Assembly: GCA_964581995.1 (NCBI GenBank)
Contig: CAZOQB010000007.1
Location: 58,028-122,027 of the forward strand
DNA: 64,000 bases
Reading direction: 5' to 3'
From: an uncultured Ignavibacteriaceae bacterium
GTDB lineage: Bacteria; Bacteroidota; Ignavibacteria; UBA10030; BY39
A model generated the notes under the pieces. That model ran no database searches. It was given only the letters and a program-made list of their open reading frames with translations, and was not told the origin of the DNA. A program made the position numbers and the translations under genes. Below are positions 50,535 through 60,722 of the stretch, piece by piece. The first letter of the stretch is position 1. Every line of letters begins with the position of its first letter.

Positions 50535-50763
50535 TATTGTAAAGCCTCGTAAATCTTACCGACTAATTTTTCGGATGGTTTTACTGTTTTACTGTGCTGA
50601 TCCCATTTTGCGGGACACGCTTCATCGTGATGTGCAGCGAGATAAGTGTTCGCTTCCATTTTTCTTACGGGCATACGAATGTAAAATCGTTTTTGTTTGA
50701 ATCGAACACATCCACAATAAAGTCCGGGACGTTCTTTCCTATTTGAATATTTATATTAGCCAT
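50534..50763 (-). pseudogene. Remnant of a 2-Cys peroxiredoxin (AhpC) with a large internal deletion and frameshift
   Basis: Minus-strand fragment 1: MANINIQIGKNVPDFIVDVFDSNKNDFTFVCP* (AhpC N-terminus through the FTFVCP peroxidatic Cys). Fragment 2 in another frame: MEANTYLAAHHDEACPAKWDQHSKTVKPSEKLVGKIYEALQ* (AhpC C-terminus with EVCPAKW-type resolving Cys). Its stop overlaps the queD-like ATG (TAATG). Confidence 0.75.
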
Positions 50764-50774
50764 TCATAAGTTAA

Positions 50775-51248
50775 TTATATGTTTTGTAAAACTTCTTCTG
50801 TGTGATTTTTCACTTTTACATTCATGAATATTGACTTTATCTTGCCTTTTTCATCAATGATAAAAGTTGAACGAACAATGCCATAAAATAGTTTCCCGTA
50901 CAAAGATTTTTTCTTCCAAACCCCATACAGCTTAACTACTTCCTTGTCGATATCACTTAGCAGAATAAAGGGAAGTTGATATTTCCCGATGAACCTTTGA
51001 TGTAAAGAGGTTGAATCGGCACTGATACCGATTACTTCAGCACCCCGTTTCTTGATCGCGCTGTAATTATCTCTGAACGAGCACGCTTCTGTGGTGCAAC
51101 CTGGTGTCATATCCTTGGGGTAGAAATATAAAACTACTTTTTTTCCAAGAAAATCTGTGAGAGATACTTCTTTACCCTCACTCGATGTAAGTGTGAAGTT
51201 AGGCGCTGAATCGCCAACTTCCAATTCCTTCTTCACTTCTGCTGACAT
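50775..51248 (-). CDS. bcp: Thiol peroxidase Bcp (peroxiredoxin Q)
   Basis: GDSAPNFTL…VVLYFYPKDMTPGCTTEACSFRD. Confidence 0.85.
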   Translation of the reverse strand: MSAEVKKELEVGDSAPNFTLTSSEGKEVSLTDFLGKKVVLYFYPKDMTPGCTTEACSFRDNYSAIKKRGAEVIGISADSTSLHQRFIGKYQLPFILLSDIDKEVVKLYGVWKKKSLYGKLFYGIVRSTFIIDEKGKIKSIFMNVKVKNHTEEVLQNI

Positions 51249-51267
51249 ATTATTTCACCTGATGAAG

Positions 51268-51735
51268 TTAGAATGAATTCAGTATTTTTGTTATCTCATC
51301 ATACGGTGGCTCTTTGCCCGGGTCTTCGGATACCCATTTGTATTTCACAAATCCGGTTTGGTCGATCACGAACACTGATCTTTTGGATGCTGAATAACCT
51401 TGCAATCCGACAAAATCGTTATAAACGCCTCCGTATATTTCAGAAACGTTACGAGTATAATCGCTCAAGATTGGGAAATTTAATTTATTTGCATCTGAGA
51501 ATGCCTTGTTCGAGAATGGTGCATCTACGCTTATACCAATTACGTGTGCATTCAAGTTATTCAGGTTTGCCATCGAATCGCGAAATGTGCACATCTCTTT
51601 TGTACAAGGGCCAGTGAATGCTCCCGGAAAGAAAGCGAGTACAACTTTCTTACCTTTGAACTCGTTTAACGACCTTTCCTTGCGGTCAGTGTCGAATAAA
51701 TTAAAATCAGGGGCTTTACTTCCTAAAACTATCAT
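51268..51735 (-). CDS. Peroxiredoxin (AhpC/TSA-redoxin family)
   Basis: KAPDFNL…VVLAFFPGAFTGPCTKEMCTFRD. Confidence 0.8.
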   Translation of the reverse strand: MIVLGSKAPDFNLFDTDRKERSLNEFKGKKVVLAFFPGAFTGPCTKEMCTFRDSMANLNNLNAHVIGISVDAPFSNKAFSDANKLNFPILSDYTRNVSEIYGGVYNDFVGLQGYSASKRSVFVIDQTGFVKYKWVSEDPGKEPPYDEITKILNSF

Positions 51736-51814
51736 TATATTTCTCCTTAAATTCGTCTAACATTGTTGTTATAATCTATTTAATTAGATTACTAAAATCA
51801 AATTTGGATTCTAT

Positions 51815-53512
51815 TTAAAAATCAATCCTCAATGCACATCCGTAATCGCTTTGGTCGAACAGTTTGTAGTTTAAAGATTGATTCTTATTCGAGGTCCATT
51901 CATATCTGAAATCTAAAAATATTTCATTCATGATTTCATATGTGAGGTATGCATGAGCAACTAAGGTTTTATGCTTGTATCCTCCTAAGAATTCTTTGTA
52001 GATACCATCTCCTGACCTGTATGGCTGTAAAAAATCACCCCCTACATTTTTTATGAGCACACCTGTTGAATCATAAATATTTTCACCGCTGCGAATAATC
52101 TCAAACGAAGTGGATAAATTCATACGATGGGTGAAATAATGATCTAACTTGAAAAACCAACTTTCCGCGTTTGGACCGATTTGAGTGCCTAATAAAATCG
52201 CACCACTTCCGTAATCATTTTCCCTTGAACGGTTATGGGCAAACATATATGGCTCGATTCTAGTGTACTCCACCATAAAATTTGTGTTCGGTACACCTAA
52301 AGGGTCAACAGACATCAATCCTAATTGCCACGCGTAACGATTTTCCCAACGATTCGCACCGAACAACGGAATGTGTATATCATCGTAGAATAATGTCCCT
52401 TGTAATTCAAAACCCTCGACGGGTCGGATCTGAATATCAAACGCCAGATAACCGTTATCTCGTTCCTCCCGTGAGCGCTGAACCGATTCAAAAAAAGTTA
52501 AGGGGTTGAGGTAACCCAAGTCAACTGAACGGTTGCTGTAGATGGTGATCTCTTGAAATCCTAAGTCTACACACTTACTAAAAGAAAGTTCCAAACGATG
52601 AGCGGCAAAGTATTTGTCGGCAACAATCGGTTCGAAATCGTAGGAGGGATGGAATTGTAAGTATTCTTTTTTACCGAGTATCCATGCATGCATAAAAGTA
52701 TATTTGATATTTTTATACTCGGCATCAAAGCGAACGGCATCGTAAACGCGAGGATAATCAGAAAGGATTAGTTTTGTTCCATAACTATTACCCCACAAAA
52801 TTCTTTCCCGACCAAGTTCTACTGAAACAATATCGCCACCGTATCTAAGGTAACCTTCAACAAAATCAAAGTTTTTAGAGTTAGTAGTACCAAGCGCAAA
52901 ACTTTGGCTTATTCTCTTATCTCGTTGTAAAACTTCGCGGCTTCCCCAAAATTGTCCATTGGTCAACTGCATGTAGTAACCGATATTATCGTATAATGAC
53001 CCTCTTAATCTAAAACCAGCATCAAGAAATATTGCCTTGTCATATAATCCGTTACCCCTCGACCGGCGATAGCCGAGCGTCAGCAAGCCATCAGCAAATA
53101 AATTGATATTGGTGTCGTTATATGTGTAGAAATATTTCTCTCTGTCGTGAAACGTCCCTCTAACCATACCCGAAATAACATCATCTCCAGCGCCAATTAA
53201 AGAGAAGGAATTATTTTTATCTTTATTAATATCAAACTCGTATTCGATTAAGAAATCATCCAGCAAATTATTCTGTGTCTGGGATAATTGTTCTTTCCGG
53301 GAGTTTATTATTATGAGATAATCAGAAATCTGCCTTCTCGACAGCGGAAGTACTGCATCGTGATAATTTGTTATTAATCCTGTGAGTTCCGCCCTCTTCA
53401 AAAAGTTATAAACAGGATGGTTCGCCGGAACGTTTTCTGTTTGAGAATACGAACTATCAACCGAACATATTAACTGTATAAACAGGATGATGACAATAAG
53501 TTTATTTTTCAT
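51815..53512 (-). CDS. Hypothetical outer-membrane beta-barrel protein (possibly Wzi-like capsule assembly)
   Basis: Signal peptide; strand-like alternation; C-terminal …ALRIDF. Confidence 0.35.
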   Translation of the reverse strand: MKNKLIVIILFIQLICSVDSSYSQTENVPANHPVYNFLKRAELTGLITNYHDAVLPLSRRQISDYLIIINSRKEQLSQTQNNLLDDFLIEYEFDINKDKNNSFSLIGAGDDVISGMVRGTFHDREKYFYTYNDTNINLFADGLLTLGYRRSRGNGLYDKAIFLDAGFRLRGSLYDNIGYYMQLTNGQFWGSREVLQRDKRISQSFALGTTNSKNFDFVEGYLRYGGDIVSVELGRERILWGNSYGTKLILSDYPRVYDAVRFDAEYKNIKYTFMHAWILGKKEYLQFHPSYDFEPIVADKYFAAHRLELSFSKCVDLGFQEITIYSNRSVDLGYLNPLTFFESVQRSREERDNGYLAFDIQIRPVEGFELQGTLFYDDIHIPLFGANRWENRYAWQLGLMSVDPLGVPNTNFMVEYTRIEPYMFAHNRSRENDYGSGAILLGTQIGPNAESWFFKLDHYFTHRMNLSTSFEIIRSGENIYDSTGVLIKNVGGDFLQPYRSGDGIYKEFLGGYKHKTLVAHAYLTYEIMNEIFLDFRYEWTSNKNQSLNYKLFDQSDYGCALRIDF

Positions 53513-53518
53513 AAATTT

Positions 53519-54475
53519 TTAATAGTATAATCCAAACCAGACAACTCTCGGAGAAATTTGAATTGCCGGCGTGGGAAATTTAAAATGATCCAATCCTTCG
53601 CTAATTGTTTTTAACAACCCGCTGCTTTGGGGAATTATTTCTGAAAAATCTATATCGGGTGCAAGCAATAAAACTCCAAATTGTCTCGACTGATCATTTA
53701 GATTTCTTACACTGTATCCGATAGAAATATTTAGGAATTTGGGTAGTAGGCGGGGCAACATTTTTCCCGCTTTAACACTTAACCATAGAGTTTGGCCCTC
53801 ATAGTCATCCATAAAAGTATGTTTCTGACCCGGTATATTACCGTAGTTTCCTAATTGACGCGGATAATAGCTTGCTTTTAACTTAAAGTTTTTGAATTCA
53901 GGGACGTAGTATTGAAGCAAAGGATAAAAACCACCCATGAGATTAGCAGCCGCATCCACACGATCGAATCCCCACTGCGAAAAACCATCTTCGAATTCTA
54001 CAAACAACAGAAATAAACTTCCACCAACCGAACCTATCCAAACTGAATTTTCTTCACTTATGCCGGTCCATCTATATGACTTTGACAGTATAAACGCACT
54101 GAACGCTCCATCCCAGGCGTGACCGAATTTGTCAACCGATTTTCCATACACCAAATCTTCTTGAAAATGAAACGGTCTTCGCCAATTTTTCCACCATGCG
54201 TTCAATTGATAATAATGAACGGCTGTACCCAAGCTTAACACACACCCGCTCACAATTCCAAGCCGGGTATAATTTATACTGTTGGAAGATGAAGCCGTGG
54301 TGATATCTGAAGTTTCTTCTTTCGTATCTATCAAAGAATCTAATGAAGCACCGTCAACATACAGAATAAAATCACTCCCATGATTTTGTCCAGCAAATCC
54401 GATGACAGTTAAAATTAATACAAAGAGTAGAGCAATTTTAATTTTACACAAAATCTTCATCCTAAAATAGCCCAC
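53519..54475 (-). CDS. Hypothetical exported or lipoprotein (DUF2279-like)
   Basis: N-terminal hydrophobic anchor; Trp/aromatic-rich. Confidence 0.3.
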   Translation of the reverse strand: MGYFRMKILCKIKIALLFVLILTVIGFAGQNHGSDFILYVDGASLDSLIDTKEETSDITTASSSNSINYTRLGIVSGCVLSLGTAVHYYQLNAWWKNWRRPFHFQEDLVYGKSVDKFGHAWDGAFSAFILSKSYRWTGISEENSVWIGSVGGSLFLLFVEFEDGFSQWGFDRVDAAANLMGGFYPLLQYYVPEFKNFKLKASYYPRQLGNYGNIPGQKHTFMDDYEGQTLWLSVKAGKMLPRLLPKFLNISIGYSVRNLNDQSRQFGVLLLAPDIDFSEIIPQSSGLLKTISEGLDHFKFPTPAIQISPRVVWFGLYY

Positions 54476-55437
54476 TACGGTTTATTCTCTAAAAATATTT
54501 TATTTTTAAAATACTCAAGAGTTTTCAACAAACCTTCTCTTCTGTTCACTTTGGGTTCCCATTTTAAGAGCGATTTTGCTCTGCTTATATCTGGTTGTCT
54601 CACTTTAGGGTCGTCTTCAGGCAATTCTTTAAAAACTATTTTGCTTTTACTTCCCGTAATTTCAAGAATCTCTTTGGCGAGCTGAAGCATGGTTACCTCA
54701 TCGGGATTACCAATATTTACTGGATTGACTTCGTCGGAACAGAGCAGCCGGTAGATTCCGTCTATCAAATCATCCACATAGCAAACACTTCGCGTCTGGC
54801 TGCCATCACCGAATACAGTAACGTCTTCTCCGCGCAGAGCTTGCGACATAAACGCCGGGATTGCCCTTCCGTCTTCAATTCGCATCCTCGGTCCGTATGT
54901 GTTAAAAATTCTGACAATCCTCGTATCGACACCATGATAGCGGTTGTACGCCATTGTGAGGGCTTCGGCAAAGCGTTTTGCCTCATCATACACACCACGA
55001 AAACCAATCGGATTTACGTTACCCCAATAATCTTCTTTCTGGGGATGTATGAGAGGATCTCCGTAAACTTCCGAAGTAGATGCCATTAATATTCTCGCCC
55101 TTTTTGCTTTTGCCAAACCTAATACCTTATGTGTACCGAGCGAACCAACCTTCAATGTTTGAATTGGTAGTTTAAGATAATCTATCGGGCTAGCGGGAGA
55201 TGCAAAATGAAGTATGTTATTCACCTGTCCCTCGATAAATATATATTCAGTTACATCGTGTTTGATAAATTTGAACCTCTCATTTCCGATAAGATGTGAG
55301 ATGTTCGCAATATCGCCTGTAATTAAATTATCGATACATATAACGTGGTGGTTTTCTGCAATAAGTTTATCGCATAAGTGCGAGCCGAGAAAACCAGCGC
55401 CGCCGGTAACAATGCTAACAATTTTTTCATTTACCAT
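54475..55437 (-). CDS. uxs: UDP-glucuronate decarboxylase (UDP-xylose synthase)
   Basis: [18 protein letters not shown]…[12 protein letters not shown]; extended-SDR YxxxK. Confidence 0.85.
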   Translation of the reverse strand: MVNEKIVSIVTGGAGFLGSHLCDKLIAENHHVICIDNLITGDIANISHLIGNERFKFIKHDVTEYIFIEGQVNNILHFASPASPIDYLKLPIQTLKVGSLGTHKVLGLAKAKRARILMASTSEVYGDPLIHPQKEDYWGNVNPIGFRGVYDEAKRFAEALTMAYNRYHGVDTRIVRIFNTYGPRMRIEDGRAIPAFMSQALRGEDVTVFGDGSQTRSVCYVDDLIDGIYRLLCSDEVNPVNIGNPDEVTMLQLAKEILEITGSKSKIVFKELPEDDPKVRQPDISRAKSLLKWEPKVNRREGLLKTLEYFKNKIFLENKP

Positions 55438-56743
55438 TTATAATAGGCCTTCCAATTCCATAATATGTAAATCCTGTCTGTTTCATTATTTCTGGGTTAT
55501 AAATATTCCGCCCGTCGAAGATAGCTTTTCCTTTCATCAGTTTTTTCATCTTATTAAAATCAGGTCGACGAAATTCATTCCACTCGGTGACAATTACTAA
55601 CGCCTCGGCGCCTTTAAGAGCATCATAATTATTTTTGAAGTATTTAATTTTATTTCCGATTTTTTTCTTCGCTTCATCTATGGCGACCGGGTCATGAGCT
55701 TGAACCTTTACACCGTGCTTAACAAGTTCATTAATTATTGTTATCGAAGGCGCTTCGCGCATGTCATCGGTATTCGGTTTAAAAGAAAGACCCCACACTG
55801 CTATAACTTTGCCTTTAATTTTATTATCAAAATGTTTTAATAACTTTTTCACAATAACTTTTTTCTGGTCGCGGTTTACATCCTCAACTGATTTTAAAAT
55901 CCGGAAATTGTAACCATAATCATCCGACGTTTTAACCAAAGCTGCGATATCCTTAGGGAAACAGGAACCACCGTAACCGACACCCGGGAATAAAAACTGT
56001 TGTCCGATTCTTTCATCCGACCCGACCCCCTTTCGGACATTATTTACGTCTGCTCCTACCATCTCACACAGGTTTGCAATTTCATTCATAAATGTAACTT
56101 TAGTAGCTAACAAAGAGTTTGCTGCATACTTCGTCAACTCAGAACTCAATTCATCCATAAAGAGTATGGGTTTACCGGTTCTGACAAAAGGTGCATAAAC
56201 ATCCTCCATAATTTTTGCAGCTTTCTCACTTGAGGTACCTATTACAACCCTGTCGGGTTTAAAAAAATCATTAATGGCTGCCCCTTCTTTTAAAAATTCC
56301 GGATTAGATACCACATCAAATTCATATTTTGTCTCTTTTTTAATTATATCTCTTACTTTGAAGGCGGTACCGACGGGTACAGTGCTTTTATTGATTATTA
56401 CCTTATACCCGTTCATGTATTTTCCGATTTGCTTTGCCACGCCTAAAACATGTTTTAAATCGGCTGAACCATCTTCCGATTGAGGAGTTGGAAGCGCTAA
56501 AAATATTATATCGGTCTTCTTGACAGCCAGCTCTAAATCAGTTGAAAACTTTAAACGTTTCTCATTAATGTTCTTCTTCAGCAATTCTTCTAATCCCGGT
56601 TCATATATCGGTGTTTTACCTCGCTTCAATAACTTGATTTTTTGGTCATCAATGTCGACGCAGATAACATCATTACCGCTTTCGGCAAAACAAGTACCCG
56701 CCACTAATCCTACATAACCGGTTCCTATTACACTAATTTTCAA
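55427..56743 (-). CDS. ugd: UDP-glucose 6-dehydrogenase
   Basis: [14 protein letters not shown] Rossmann; GGSCFPKDI catalytic Cys. Confidence 0.9.
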   Translation of the reverse strand: MKISVIGTGYVGLVAGTCFAESGNDVICVDIDDQKIKLLKRGKTPIYEPGLEELLKKNINEKRLKFSTDLELAVKKTDIIFLALPTPQSEDGSADLKHVLGVAKQIGKYMNGYKVIINKSTVPVGTAFKVRDIIKKETKYEFDVVSNPEFLKEGAAINDFFKPDRVVIGTSSEKAAKIMEDVYAPFVRTGKPILFMDELSSELTKYAANSLLATKVTFMNEIANLCEMVGADVNNVRKGVGSDERIGQQFLFPGVGYGGSCFPKDIAALVKTSDDYGYNFRILKSVEDVNRDQKKVIVKKLLKHFDNKIKGKVIAVWGLSFKPNTDDMREAPSITIINELVKHGVKVQAHDPVAIDEAKKKIGNKIKYFKNNYDALKGAEALVIVTEWNEFRRPDFNKMKKLMKGKAIFDGRNIYNPEIMKQTGFTYYGIGRPIINGK

Positions 56744-56842
56744 TTTTAATCTCCTTGTGTATTTTTATTTGTTTCTAAAATGTATCATTGTTTACGAAAA
56801 AGATAAACAAAAATATCAACTTTCTCAAATCATTTTTTTTTA

Positions 56843-57427
56843 TTATCCATTTACCTCTAAAAGAATTATATGCAAATTCTTCGGCCCGTGTACTCCTGTA
56901 ACCAACACTTTCTCGATATCTGCCGTTCTACTCGGTCCTGAAATAACCGTCATACAACTCAAATCCTTAAAATCCATTTCGTTTTGAATTAATTCGACAG
57001 CATCGGTTAATTCAGGAACGACCCTCGTTGAATCAGCAATAATTACAGATGTTTCCGGCAAAAGGGATAGAGCCCTTGGTTCATAAGGCGAAGAAAGCAA
57101 GACAGCGCTACCTGTTTCAGCGATGATGCAAAAAGCAAAACTTACACCTATGTCTGCTTTTGATAATTTTTCCCGAAGCGGCATGGATTCGTTACCGATA
57201 CAATTTATTTCGTGTACATTTATATCTTTTACGTTTTTACTACGCATGTAATCGTCAGAAATATTTTTTAAACGTGGATGGCCTCCAAATACAATAGAGT
57301 TAGCGTTATAGCGGTCTGTTATTTTGAATAATGTGTTTACTACATCCACATCGTTTTCAGCAATTGTGTAGTACCCGCCAATACTTTCTAATTCTTTACA
57401 AAATCTATTTATCAAATTATCCGACAT
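56843..57427 (-). CDS. lutC: Lactate utilisation protein C (LUD domain)
   Basis: LUD/DUF162 fold; operon with lutB and lutA. Confidence 0.7.
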   Translation of the reverse strand: MSDNLINRFCKELESIGGYYTIAENDVDVVNTLFKITDRYNANSIVFGGHPRLKNISDDYMRSKNVKDINVHEINCIGNESMPLREKLSKADIGVSFAFCIIAETGSAVLLSSPYEPRALSLLPETSVIIADSTRVVPELTDAVELIQNEMDFKDLSCMTVISGPSRTADIEKVLVTGVHGPKNLHIILLEVNG

Positions 57428-57430
57428 ATC

Positions 57431-58828
57431 TCAATTCTGTTCTTTCCACAATTCATGGAATGATTTATCCGCGAGTTTTGGAAATTTCTTAGACGCCGAC
57501 CAAATAGGAACTCTGATTGAATTACGGTCCTCCAACAACAAGGGTTGTAGAAAACGCAGCAGCGTTGAGGCAATGCGGTACAATAACGGATACTGTATTA
57601 ACAATCTCCAAAAATATATTATTAGTTTTTCATACGTTGGCGAATAACCCTTTTTAATTGTTTGACTTCTTATCCATAATAAGGTGTGATGTATATTTAT
57701 TTTAACGGGACAAATTTCAGAACAAGCGCCACACAATGACGAACCGAACGCTAAATCCTTTGCATCCTTTAGCGAGTTCATTAAAGGAGTGAGAATCGAG
57801 CCAATCGGACCCGGATATACCGAACCATAAGCGTGTCCGCCTACGGTTTGATATACGGGACAAACATTCATACAGGCGCCACATTTAATACAGAAAAGCG
57901 CTTCTCTTGTTTTGGAATCTTTCTGCAATTCTTTTCGTCCGTTGTCAAGCAAGATAATAAATATTTTTCCCGGACCATCCAGATCACTCGTTCTTCTCGG
58001 CGAATTAATAAACGAAACATAACTTGTGGCTTTTTGACCCGTTGCGCTGCGCGGTAGTAGCTTTAATAAAACTGTTGCATCCTTGGGTGTCGGGGTTACT
58101 TTTTCTATACCAGTTACTACAATGTGAATCTTGGGCAAACTGGTTGATAACCGTGCATTGCCTTCATTTTCAACTAATACTATCGTCCCGGTCTCAGCTA
58201 TTAAAACATTTGCACCTGAAATACCCACATCGGCTTTCAAAAATTTTTCTCTTAATATTTCACGTGCGTATCGTGTCAGCTCTGCAGGGTCGCTAGTGTA
58301 TTCCAATCCTAACTTCTCATTAAACAATTTCCCTATCTCATCCCTCGACTTATGCAGCGCGGGTGCAGTTATATGCGACGGGGTTTCTCCCGCAATCTGG
58401 ATTATATATTCCCCCAAATCTGTTTCTACTACTTCAAAACCTTCTCGCTGCAGGGCATCATTGAGAAGTATTTCTTCCGTCACCATCGATTTCGATTTAA
58501 CGACTAACTTTGCTCCCTCATCGCGAAGAATTTTTATGACTGCGTCCTTTGCGTCCCCCGCGTTCTTTGCGTGAAATATTATTATACCTTGCCGGCTTGC
58601 GTTCTCTTCAAATTCTTTTATATATTTTCCCAAATTATCGACTGATTCCTTACGGATTTCAAATCCGCGCTGTCTAAGTTGCTCCCAATTCTTTACATCA
58701 TCTACAACTTCCTGACGTTTTTGTAACGAATGAATTGTCGCTTTCTTCACTACTGCACGCAATTTTTCATCTCGACAGCTAAGCACTACATTTTCTTTAA
58801 AATATTTTGGGGATACTATTCTCAACAT
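57431..58828 (-). CDS. lutB: Lactate utilisation iron-sulfur protein LutB
   Basis: CIKCGACMNVCPVYQ…CGACSEICPVKI (2x[4Fe-4S]) plus a LUD domain. Confidence 0.8.
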   Translation of the reverse strand: MLRIVSPKYFKENVVLSCRDEKLRAVVKKATIHSLQKRQEVVDDVKNWEQLRQRGFEIRKESVDNLGKYIKEFEENASRQGIIIFHAKNAGDAKDAVIKILRDEGAKLVVKSKSMVTEEILLNDALQREGFEVVETDLGEYIIQIAGETPSHITAPALHKSRDEIGKLFNEKLGLEYTSDPAELTRYAREILREKFLKADVGISGANVLIAETGTIVLVENEGNARLSTSLPKIHIVVTGIEKVTPTPKDATVLLKLLPRSATGQKATSYVSFINSPRRTSDLDGPGKIFIILLDNGRKELQKDSKTREALFCIKCGACMNVCPVYQTVGGHAYGSVYPGPIGSILTPLMNSLKDAKDLAFGSSLCGACSEICPVKINIHHTLLWIRSQTIKKGYSPTYEKLIIYFWRLLIQYPLLYRIASTLLRFLQPLLLEDRNSIRVPIWSASKKFPKLADKSFHELWKEQN

Positions 58829-58872
58829 TTTTTATTCGTGTTCATTCGTGATATTAGCGGTTATAATACTTA

Positions 58873-59604
58873 TCAATCAGCTTTTCCCCACCCACTTATC
58901 AATAATTCAGACAAATGCATAGTTCTAATGTTACTGCCTTTTTTCTTCAACAGGCCATCTATGTTCATTAAACAACTCGAGTCGCAGCCGACCACAAAAT
59001 CGGCGCCGCAGCTCTCTATGTTTTTAACTTTATCCTCAGTGAGCACGCATGAAAGCTCAGGAAATTTAACAGAAAACGTCCCGCCAAATCCGCAGCATCT
59101 CTTGCTTTCGTTCATCTCAATAAATTCTAATCCCTTGACATTTCCGATAAGCCTTCGTGGCTGTTCAGACACGTGCAATTCTCTAAGGAGGTGACACGAT
59201 TCGTGATAAGTTACTTTTCCATTAAAGTTTGCTCCAACGTCGGTAACGTGCATAACGTCAACCAGGAATTCGGAGAGTTCAAATATTCTTTTCTTCAACC
59301 CCTGTAATTCTGATTTTAGATTTTCAGGTAAAGCCAGTTCGTCATAAAACACTTTTACCATACTTACACAAGAACCGCTCGGCGCAACTACATAATCCGA
59401 TTTACTAAAAACCTTTATAAATCGTTCTGCTAAAAACCTTGCATCATCCCGATAACCGGTGTTAAATGCCGGCTGACCGCAGCAAGTCTGTTCGGCGGGA
59501 TAATCCACCTCGCATCCCACTTTACGTAAAATTTTAACGGTAGCAATACCAACCTCGGGAAAGAATTGGTCAATAATGCAGGGAATGAAAAGGTTAACTT
59601 TCAT
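58873..59604 (-). CDS. lutA: Lactate utilisation protein LutA (CCG-domain Fe-S oxidoreductase)
   Basis: Two cysteine-rich CCG domains (CCGFGG…, HESCH…). Confidence 0.8.
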   Translation of the reverse strand: MKVNLFIPCIIDQFFPEVGIATVKILRKVGCEVDYPAEQTCCGQPAFNTGYRDDARFLAERFIKVFSKSDYVVAPSGSCVSMVKVFYDELALPENLKSELQGLKKRIFELSEFLVDVMHVTDVGANFNGKVTYHESCHLLRELHVSEQPRRLIGNVKGLEFIEMNESKRCCGFGGTFSVKFPELSCVLTEDKVKNIESCGADFVVGCDSSCLMNIDGLLKKKGSNIRTMHLSELLISGWGKAD

Positions 59605-59676
59605 GGTTTATAATTCTCTAAAGTTCAATTTGAGGGGCTTCAACACAATTCCTCATACGCGCTAAAATATTTTCTT

Positions 59677-60036
59677 CTATTTTAACTTCCTCACCCTATA
59701 ATGCTGGTGTTCAATTACACAAAAGGAATTTTTAAGTTCTTCCTCTGAATGTTCACGCAACAATCGAAATAATTCTATGTGGACATCTTCAATAGTTGTA
59801 GGGGATATTCGTAAAAATATAACCCCTGGCGATGTCTGCTTTTCTAAAAAGACCAATATACCGAAATCCTTATCTCTTGTTATAAGAATCCGGTTCATTT
59901 CGATAGCTTTCATTAAAATTTCTTCATCATTAGCACGATGCATTCCGATATCTTTGGCAGTTTTGACATCATGTCCATTCTCTTTCAATACTTTGATGGT
60001 TAAAGAATAAACGTCCTGATCGATCAGAAAATCCAT
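59677..60036 (-). CDS. DUF5615-family protein (PIN-like putative toxin)
   Basis: MDFLIDQDV…LITRDKDFG matches the DUF5615 consensus. Paired immediately with a DUF433 gene. Confidence 0.6.
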   Translation of the reverse strand: MDFLIDQDVYSLTIKVLKENGHDVKTAKDIGMHRANDEEILMKAIEMNRILITRDKDFGILVFLEKQTSPGVIFLRISPTTIEDVHIELFRLLREHSEEELKNSFCVIEHQHYRVRKLK

Positions 60037-60037
60037 T

Positions 60038-60283
60038 TCACATTGCCTTTATATGTATCTCCTCAACCCGTACAATTTCAATTGCATATTTAACGCATGC
60101 TTTGATATCTTCGACAGTCAAATCAGAATAATAATTATTAATGATAACGTCAAATGGGATATTTTCTTGTATTAACTCTAACACGTTTTCTACTGGTATT
60201 CTCGTCCCAACGATACACGGTTTACCAAAATGAACATTACTATCGATAAATATATGTTCCTTATAATCGTCAATATTACTCAT
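60038..60283 (-). CDS. DUF433-family protein (putative antitoxin partner)
   Basis: GKPCIVGTRIPV motif characteristic of DUF433. 1-nt gap to the downstream DUF5615 gene. Confidence 0.6.
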   Translation of the reverse strand: MSNIDDYKEHIFIDSNVHFGKPCIVGTRIPVENVLELIQENIPFDVIINNYYSDLTVEDIKACVKYAIEIVRVEEIHIKAM

Positions 60284-60479
60284 AACCTTTTTCCTCTATG
60301 TTATTCTTATTCTAAGATAAATAGAATTCTAGTCTTTCCAAAATGTTTGTTAATATAATATCACAGCTTATCCAGACGTCATTCATCGGTACAAATTTAT
60401 ATCTGTAATTATCCGTTAAAATCAGTGTCGTCGGTGTTCAATCATTCTTGAAAAGATAAACAAAATATCCTACTTTGCA

Positions 60480-60700
60480 AAATTTCTCTCCTTTATTCCC
60501 TGCCATGCTATCACAGCATGTCTTAGACTCCCGATTTTCTGGCGCTACACATCCGTTGTTCGATACTCAAATGGATTCAATACCACGAAGACACAAAGCC
60601 ACTCAGGTACACAACGTAGTTGATGGTCAGCGCGGAGTCGCACCATCCCATATCTCAATATCTCATCGCTCCAAGCTCTCCGCTCACAACTAAAAACTAA
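60480..60700. other. GC-rich (about 50%) intergenic block with long-range nested complementarity; candidate structured ncRNA or leader
   Basis: Potential helices read from sequence: gactcc/ggagtc, gcgct/agcgc, cgttgt/acaacg, catgct/agcatg. The only ORF in the block (60475..60693, 72 aa) has a composition atypical for a protein. Confidence 0.25.
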
Positions 60701-60722
60701 TAACTTAAAACTCCATTTTTAT

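Noticed and set aside
60475-60693. 72-aa plus-strand ORF in the GC-rich intergenic block
   Set aside because: Pro/Ser/His-rich composition unlike genuine proteins here; more likely a structured non-coding region.
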